Shown here in pieces: positions 52,001-60,858 of a stretch of DNA of 60,858 bases; positions within the stretch are counted from its first letter, which is position 1; each line of letters starts with the position of its first letter. A program made the translations under genes and the position numbers. Source of the stretch: Welwitschia mirabilis. Its lineage: Eukaryota. Below the pieces are notes generated by a model. It did not search any database and had not been told where the DNA came from. It worked only from the letters and a program-made list of their open reading frames with translations. The stretch lies in contig JBOZIK010000001.1 in NCBI GenBank assembly GCA_051453625.1, forward strand, positions 45,753,363-45,814,220, in the 5' to 3' direction.

Positions 52001-53196
52001 GAGATTATTTTTCTATGAGTTATATGAATTTTTTATGTCTCATATTACTAATACATCTTGTAGAGATAAAATGTCATTTAGTCATAATAATTGGAAAAAG
52101 GCTTATTCCTTTAATGAAAATCCATATCTTAAGTTGAATGATAGAAAGCTTTATTATTTTACTAGACATTTTAAAAATCCCTCAAAAGCTTCTTGGATAC
52201 TTTTTTTGAGTACTTCCTTATGCGCACTATATGATGATATTCATGATTTATGTTGTTTTAATAAGAGATTATTCTTCAATGAGATTTATCATTTCTTTAT
52301 CTCTTCTTTAAAATCTGAAATTTGTGCTATCAAAGTTTTATCCTTTTATTATTTTTACCTTTAATTAATTTTACTAAAAAATGATTGTATATGTTTTATT
52401 TTGTATTAATTGGTGAATATTTGGTTTGATCCTTATTTTTTGATAGAATACAATATTCTAGGATCATAGCCTTAGGAATAAATCTTTCTTTTTCTTTATT
52501 TTCAATAAAAGTGTTGATAATATTTTAGGATTTGAATAAAATTTAGTTTTAGTTTACTTTGATATTTCCTTTTTACTCTTATGTTTTTATGTTTTTATCT
52601 TTGATTTTTATTTTAAGGAATAAATTAATCTATAGATGGTTAGGTCCTTATCTTTTAGAGAAACTACATTTTTAATGGACCAGTTGAAATTTCTGATTTA
52701 AACACTATGTAAATTCAAAAAATGGACAAGAGTTAAAAATCCATGAATCATCAAATCTTGAATATGATTGAAGTAATTATTTTGCAAGTCATCTTATCAT
52801 TATCTAAATTATTTCTTAGCTTATTATTTTGGTGGACTCATGATATCACTTGAACATCTTTTAAACTTGACTTATGCTTTACTTTGTAAAGTTATCATGA
52901 CTAGTACTTTTTACTTGGGAATTAGAGTGATAAAATTGGATTCACCCAATCTTAAGACATTGAAATGTTTATCAACTTCATTTAAAGGAAGATTTTTTAG
53001 TTTCTTGTATTTTCTCTCAATAGTGTGAGTCTTTGGTTACTGGGGGTGTTCTTTCTTATCTTCAATCTCATTTCTTTACCTTCGTCTTTGCAAGTGTGTG
53101 GCCATGTATAATTTATTTTAAAGAATTATGTGGGAAAAAAAGGAAAGAAAGAGAGCAAATAATAACCATGATCTATTATTTCTGTGTTAAATACAT

Positions 53197-53351
53197 GATC
53201 ACCATGTTGCCCTACCCCACTGAGGTAAATTTTCCTAAGAGGGACCTTTAACAATGTTGGTAGCTATGAGAACTCCACTAGGGGGTCAGTTGTCTATGCT
53301 TCGTGGGTTCTTACTTCTTTGACTATGGTTGCACTCCCTTCATCATGGATT
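53197..53351 (+). other. Conserved non-coding structured motif, copy C
   Basis: CACTGAGGTAAATTTTCCTAAGAGGGACCTTTAACAATG...GTAGCTATGAGAACTCCACTAGGGGGTCAGTTG...GTTGCACTCCCTTCATCATGG aligns with copies A and B. Confidence 0.65.
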
Positions 53352-55964
53352 AAAATAAAATACTTTGAGGCTATGGAATCAGTGGTGTCCTTGGTGTCAT
53401 CAAAGGCATTTCTTATTTCCTAAACTTATTGTGATTATAGTATTTCCCCATGGTCATTTTACTTTTGAGGATTTGGATGTGTTTTGGGGTGTTAGCAAGT
53501 GAGTTCATTTCTAGGAGCTTTTGATCTTAGCATTAGTTGTTTAAAAGAATTAGTTACTTAGCATAATCATAATCANNNNNNNNNNNNNNNNNNNNNNNNN
53601 NNNNNNNNNNNNNNNNNNNNNNNNNNNNNNNNNNNNNNNNNNNNNNNNNNNNNNNNNNNNNNNNNNNNNNNNNNNNNNNNNNNNNNNNNNNNNNNNNNNN
53701 NNNNNNNNNNNNNNNNNNNNNNNNNNNNNNNNNNNNNNNNNNNNNNNNNNNNNNNNNNNNNNNNNNNNNNNNNNNNNNNNNNNNNNNNNNNNNNNNNNNN
53801 NNNNNNNNNNNNNNNNNNNNNNNNNNNNNNNNNNNNNNNNNNNNNNNNNNNNNNNNNNNNNNNNNNNNNNNNNNNNNNNNNNNNNNNNNNNNNNNNNNNN
53901 NNNNNNNNNNNNNNNNNNNNNNNNNNNNNNNNNNNNNNNNNNNNNNNNNNNNNNNNNNNNNNNNNNNNNNNNNNNNNNNNNNNNNNNNNNNNNNNNNNNN
54001 NNNNNNNNNNNNNNNNNNNNNNNNNNNNNNNNNNNNNNNNNNNNNNNNNNNNNNNNNNNNNNNNNNNNNNNNNNNNNNNNNNNNNNNNNNNNNNNNNNNN
54101 NNNNNNNNNNNNNNNNNNNNNNNNNNNNNNNNNNNNNNNNNNNNNNNNNNNNNNNNNNNNNNNNNNNNNNNNNNNNNNNNNNNNNNNNNNNNNNNNNNNN
54201 NNNNNNNNNNNNNNNNNNNNNNNNNNNNNNNNNNNNNNNNNNNNNNNNNNNNNNNNNNNNNNNNNNNNNNNNNNNNNNNNNNNNNNNNNNNNTTAAAAGA
54301 ATTAGTTACTTAGCATAATCATAATCACTACTTATTTAAGTGGTAGTTTATTAAGTTTTTGCATTATATCATGCATCATTAATTAAGTGATTTTATGATT
54401 ACTTTCAAGGGGGTTTTCTAGGTTTGAATATAGGATAGGTATACAATCTTATTTAAGTTGTCCATTTCTATTTTGTTTTTCTTATTTGTTTTCCTTGATA
54501 TTTCAAAGTCACATTTTCATTACAAAGGTTTAATACTTGATCATTTAGTAGTTCTCTTATTGACTTTTATTTCGATTTGTTGCTTTTCTTTATGGAAGTT
54601 GATTTTTTTTTTGCGAATAAATTTCCTTAGTTTATGATGCTAATTTTTCCTATTTATTTTTCTGGATCTCTTTAAGTTTAGTTTTCTTTAAACTTTTTTT
54701 TAAGTTTTGATACATTTAATACTATTTTTCAATGATTACGTGTTCATGACATATTTCTTCTATTTTCCTTAGCTTGGTGCATTCACCTCATTTATCATGC
54801 CTTGATTTATCATGATTCTTAGCCATTTCCCATCTTTTAGACTCTCTGATACCTTTTTAAGACCTACTTGATGATATTTGAGCTTAACTAATTGTTTTGA
54901 TAATTCTAAAATTTTTGATCTTTTAAAAAATCCTTGTCATACTTCTTGTCATCTAGACGATCAAGTGAATGACACAACATATTTTTTGAGCCTTAACTCT
55001 TTACCTTTTATTTTTGCCAGAATATTTTTCTGACATTTCTTTCATGCACAAAATACTTCTCCTAGACCTATCTATTTTTGTTATTTATCCTTAACTTGAG
55101 TATGGATCTTTTTTTCCTTATGTTATTGCAATATAGAATGTATTGATTTACTTATGGGGTTTTGGGGGAGGAGGGGATGGGATAGAAAGGGGGGATGAGG
55201 GATAGGAGATATATTTTTAGATATTTTGAAAAAAAATAAAATTTTTAAGGGTTATCTTTACATTTTCATAAGACATATCAATAATGTACTAATCCGATTT
55301 TGAATGCTTATTATTTAAGTGATATATATTATGAATAATGTTTAGTAAAACATGTACTTAACAACAAAAAACTTATATTATGTTTTTCTCATAGGAATGA
55401 TCAAAGCAATTCCTGAGACCATGGATGAAGGGAATAATATTGTGATTGATTATTTTTAATATATTTTCCCTTATATATTATACTTAAAAACTCAACATTT
55501 GATTTATGAATATCATTTTTGAGTTATTGCGTTTTCTAATTATACATGCACATCATTTTTCTAAGTTTCTAAGGTTATATCTTATGTTGATTCTTTTGTT
55601 TTAACATTAAATATTTATCTTTTTAATGTGCTAAATGTTTTAAGTGAGGGAATAATGCACAGGTAGGTATTTGATTCTTATTTTCTGATAAACATGATTG
55701 TAGATAATTGATTTTATAGATTAATTTTTAGAAGTCTGTCGTCCCCATAATCATCTAGACGATAGTCTGCATGACACCATGGTCACCACATCTATCAAGG
55801 TAAAATACTTTACTTTATTTAATTTTATGATTTACTCTTGCATACTGAGATTTATGAACTTGATTTACATATCCCTAAATAGTGTTTTATCTAATTCAAT
55901 TTGACTACTAATTATAGTTGTTTGCTAACTTTATTAAGGACTGACAAGGCTAAGTGGGGGGCTA

Positions 55965-57200
55965 TGTTGCGATGCCAAATTATATGTTTTTGATGGGGTA
56001 TTTTGAGTATTTTTATAGGATATTTTAGATAGGTTTAAGCACAAAATGATGATTACTGAAAGTCAAGGAGAAACTCATGAAAATGCATATATACTGAGAC
56101 ATTGAGGTATTTTGGATTAATTCAAATAATTCACATTTTGAGGAGGAATTAATAAGCTTCGAGATCAATTTAACTTAATAAATAGCTTTAAGAAGTTTAT
56201 CATCCCCTTCATCATTCAGATGACATACTAGGATGACATCAGTTACATGCTGAAAGGATGCTGATTAGAATGACATGAAAGCTAAATATAGAACTCTCTT
56301 AACATGGCACCATCTCCATCATCATCTAGATGACACACATGATGACAATATAATTTTAGTTAATGTACCAAACTTTACATAACTTGTGTAATGTATCATT
56401 CACTTTCTATGAATCATTAGGATTTTGATTACATCTGTTAGATTTGCTATTTTTGAGTCTGTTGTTATTAATAAATACCACCTTTGTTTTCAACTCTAAT
56501 AATTTTCTTTAGCACCAGAAATTCTTGTGATAGAAGATTGAAGGCTAAGAGGTCCATCTGTTAGTTGTAGAGAGGAGTATTCTTGTTATTAAGCTGTGTC
56601 TCCTTCATTGAGGTGTTGCTACTTTATAATAGAATATTGGTTGGACTTTCAATAGAAATCTTCTTTTAGTTTTATTCATATTCATGTGCATGTACCTTAC
56701 AATTTATGTTGTTTATGATTCCATGACAACTTCATTTATGATATAGGTTATTAAAGGCAACCTTTGTCAAGGTTGAAAATGTTAGTTTAGGAACTTGCAT
56801 TGCATTTTATATTTCTTAGATTAAGCATTTCATGTTTTCATATTCTATTCAATGTACTTAATAGCCTAGGTCAGTTTTGGTTAGTGATAGTTTCCTTAAT
56901 TGATTTAAGTTATAGAAGGCTGATGTTGATGACAGAGATTTAGTAGTTGGATAGATATTGTATTTAGGGTAGTTTGCATTTTGCATTTGCATAGTCTGTT
57001 TACTTTTCTTGCATTGGTAATTTTTATTTTAAACTTTACTTTGTGAAAACCAATTCTATTTCTTCTCATATAGTGCCTTTGATGGATTATAACATTTGGG
57101 TCCACTTTCGTCTATATTACTGTGTTGTGTTTGTGCATATATTTGTGATTGACATAATTTAATAAAGGACTTAATATTTACATAAATATGTATCTCAATA
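55965..57200 (+). repeat. 3' LTR
   Basis: Starts TGTTG after the PPT and is colinear with the 5' LTR. Confidence 0.9.
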
Positions 57201-60200
57201 AGTACTATCATTTTCTAATGGTTAATCTCTCTTTTCCTTCAATGCACTTTACTTTTAAGTTTTAATTTTGACTCAGATAGCTATTGATGCTACTTCTAAA
57301 AACCTTTCTCTTATTGCCAATTATGTGCCTTTATCCTATTGCCAATGTGAATCTCTCTTTTAATGCATCTAAACTTTCTATTACTGTAGTGCTTAGAAAC
57401 ATATACTACAAGCCCTCATTCATGCTGACATCCACATCACTTGTTGCAAAATTTAGCTAGTATTAGGCTGCAAAATTCATTGCAACCATAGCCCACTAAT
57501 AAGCATTGATAATGTGATTGTGAGTGCTAACAATCTCTCCTACCAAACTTTTCATAAATTTTTCCTCTCTTCTTTTTAGTTATGATTTATATTAGTCATT
57601 TTTCACTTAACCTTGTGCACTTGTGTTTTATGATAACTATCTTAACTCATTAGTTCACACATATCAAGCTACTAAGCTTTTAGGAACTTTTCTTTTGAGC
57701 TTGTGCATACCTTATTTATGAGGCTTTCTTAGCTCTTTTTTGTGCACATGCACTTTTAGTATTTAATCATTATAAGAACATTTACCTCATTTTTTCTTAT
57801 ATCAAGTTAAGTGAGGATGTGGAGAAAGATTCAATTTCAATATTTTTTTACTTGAAATTTAAATTGAATTAAGTTAAGTTTAGGATGTTGGGTAAGATTC
57901 ACTTAACTTAACCATACCAAAACAAAGTAACTTTTCTATTTTTTAAAATATTTTTTGGTATCCTTTTTTACACTTAGCATCACTTACATTTTTAATGTTA
58001 TTTAACAATTAAACTTAGAAATTACCAATGCTTAACCATATTATGTTTTTATTAGATGTTTACAAGGTTTTTTGCAAATGAAGTGTTATTTCAAATATCT
58101 CTTGATGATGGGTGACCAGGCTTAATTAGACGTCGTTTTAATAATTGGATTTAATTGAATTTAACTCAGTTTGACAACTTGATGTTGACTAAGTTTTGAC
58201 TAGATTTGACTATTTAACGAAGTTTGATTATTTATTGGAGTTTGATGTAAAACTGTTTACGAGCTTTCTTTGCTGCCATGAATTTTGTATTCTTGGTTTA
58301 TTCTAGATTTGCTAATGCTCACATTTAAAGCCCTTCTTAATAGCATAAAGCATTACCATTGCTAAATGCCCTATCAAGGCTTAGAGATCTAGGAGTTTAC
58401 AGGAAGAGTTTAAGCCATTAATGATGTTTAACCCCAAAAGAAGAGTGAGAGTAAAGCAAATAACTAAAATAAAACTTGAGTTTCATTTAAATCTCTTTGT
58501 TAAAAAAGAAAAAATTCCCCTAATGCTCCAAAAGGGTTATAATATTGTAAACATTTTAAGTCCACCTTGGTTTTATACAAACTTATGTATATACACACTT
58601 TCATTTAAATTTTGATTTAAGTGTCTTCACTTGCAAAAGTAGGATCTTGAAAACTATACTCAGGTTACACATAGTTTAATTCCTAAATAGTAGCTTTAAA
58701 ACTTGAATTAAGTTTTACTAATGAAAAAAATGAAAAAATAAATAAATAAATTATGTCATTAGAAGATAACATCAGATGTCAAAAGATATTTTTTAACATA
58801 TTTTTACTTGACTTAAAACTTTTAGCTAATTGGGATTTAGATCAACTTCATTAATTCTAAATTTCAGTGTTATTAAATATAGAGATGTAAAGTAAAAGAA
58901 CAAACTTAAGAAAAAGTTGGATTATTGTAAACAACCCAATCCAGATGAAATGGGGGAGGAGTATATTCTAAACTTACTATATTCAGTTTACCCAAAAAAA
59001 AAAGGAAGTCCTTTATGAGGTAAATAATAAAGGTGTTAATAATCAAAGAAGCTAAACAACCTCCCCAGTCCTATTAACTTTGTGTACTATGTGTATTGCA
59101 TAATGCATTTTGGTCATGACATGTTGCATACACATGTTAAACATATGGAATGTATTTCACTTGTACACCTCATTTAATAAGAGATCGAAGGCTATTTAAC
59201 CCGCTCCATTAATAATTGAACATGAGTATTCCATAAATACTATAGGAATATACATTTTAACAGGAGAAAAGGATTAATGGAATAGTGAGGACAAAGAGTG
59301 ATCTAACATCATGTCAGCAATCATCTGTTAATGCTGACAGAAACCTTTGCCAATCTTGTTAATTCATTCAAGGGGTGACATCATGGTAATATTTGAAAGT
59401 TCCTCTTGTAACAGGCAATGCGCACCCCTAGGCGCTGCTTGTTCAAAACGATAGTTGGATGGTGGGCGGTGCTGCCAACTGCCATGGTGGCATTAGAAAA
59501 CGAGGCGTTGCCCACGCTATGTAAGAGAAGAGCAGAAGGGAAAGAAAACAAAAGGGAGGTGAAATCAGCGAAAAACAAAGAGGACAACAAAAAAGCAAAA
59601 ACGTAGGAAAAAGCCAGAAATAGAGACGGAGCAAACGCCAGGAAGGGAGGGAAACGTTTCCCAGGTTTCTTTTATTTTTATTTTTATTTTTATTTACTTT
59701 TTATTTAAAAAAAAGCTTTTTTCTGGGAAAAAAGGGGTTATTTAAATTTTTTCCCTTTTAAGCCANNNNNNNNNNNNNNNNNNNNNNNNNNNNNNNNNNN
59801 NNNNNNNNNNNNNNNNNNNNNNNNNNNNNNNNNNNNNNNNNNNNNNNNNNNNNNNNNNNNNNNNNNNNNNNNNNNNNNNNNNNNNNNNNNNNNNNNNNNN
59901 NNNNNNNNNNNNNNNNNNNNNNNNNNNNNNNNNNNNNNNNNNNNNNNNNNNNNNNNNNNNNNNNNNNNNNNNNNNNNNNNNNNNNNNNNNNNNNNNNNNN
60001 NNNNNNNNNNNNNNNNNNNNNNNNNNNNNNNNNNNNNNNNNNNNNNNNNNNNNNNNNNNNNNNNNNNNNNNNNNNNNNNNNNNNNNNNNNNNNNNNNNNN
60101 NNNNNNNNNNNNNNNNNNNNNNNNNNNNNNNNNNNNNNNNNNNNNNNNNNNNNNNNNNNNNNNNNNNNNNNNNNNNNNNNNNNNNNNNNNNNNNNNNNNN

Positions 60201-60858
60201 NNNNNNNNNNNNNNNNNNNNNNNNNNNNNNNNNNNNNNNNNNNNNNNNNNNNNNNNNNNNNNNNNNNNNNNNNNNNNNNNNNNNNNNNNNNNNNNNNNNN
60301 NNNNNNNNNNNNNNNNNNNNNNNNNNNNNNNNNNNNNNNNNNNNNNNNNNNNNNNNNNNNNNNNNNNNNNNNNNNNNNNNNNNNNNNNNNNNNNNNNNNN
60401 NNNNNNNNNNNNNNNNNNNNNNNNNNNNNNNNNNNNNNNNNNNNNNNNNNNNNNNNNNNNNNNNNNNNNNNNNNNNNNNNNNNNNNNNNNNNNNNNNNNN
60501 NNNNNNNNNNNNNNNNNNNNNNNNNNNNNNNNNNNNNNNNNNNNNNNNNNNNNNNNNNNNNNNNNNNNNNNNNNNNNNNNNNNNNNNNNNNNNNNNNNNN
60601 NNNNNNNNNNNNNNNNNNNNNNNNNNATAAAAAAACTTAGAAAAATAAAAAAAAAAAGACAAAAAAGGAAAAAACAACTTAGGAAAAGATTGTTATTTTT
60701 CTTTAATCATTTTTTTCTTTAAAAAAAACCTCTTTGTATATTTTTGAAATCGTATTTAAAATTTTGTCTTTGTCTAGTTTTAGTCTTTTGATTGAAATTT
60801 CTCTTAAAACCAAAAAAAAAAAAAAAAAACATTTTTATATTTTAAAAAAATGTTTTTT

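Larger units (their letters stand above)
47786..57200 (+). mobile_element. Non-autonomous (LARD-like) LTR retroelement with Athila-type PBS
   Basis: LTRs at 47786-49021 and 55965-57200, both 1236 bp, with consensus termini TGTTG...CAACA. TSD AGAAC/AGTAC. PBS at 49024-49041 and PPT AAGTGGGGGG at 55952-55961. No RT, RNase H or integrase motifs seen inside. Confidence 0.88.

Noticed and set aside
53541-54327. 35-bp direct repeat flanking the N gap
   Set aside because: Identical sequence at both contig ends points to an unmerged overlap, so the gap is probably spurious.

Overview
AT-rich plant nuclear DNA from a draft assembly with 7 N gaps. Most of the window is heavily decayed, nested LTR retrotransposons: chromoviral and Athila/Tat-type Ty3/gypsy, one Ty1/copia remnant, and one non-autonomous element with both LTRs, PBS, PPT and TSD. 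The only intact gene is an intronless 2-oxoglutarate/Fe(II) dioxygenase (38650-39807) whose motifs match the LBO (LATERAL BRANCHING OXIDOREDUCTASE, strigolactone pathway) clade. A broken inverted copy of its 5' part lies head-to-head about 2.4 kb upstream. Two plastid-type fragments are present: trnfM inside an Athila leader and a piece of 23S rRNA. The most unusual signals are a ~170-nt non-coding motif that can fold into a closed multi-stem structure, found in three different retroelement contexts, and a palindromic ~27-bp motif repeated through one LTR family. All alignments and translations were done by eye, so transposon boundaries are approximate unless stated otherwise.
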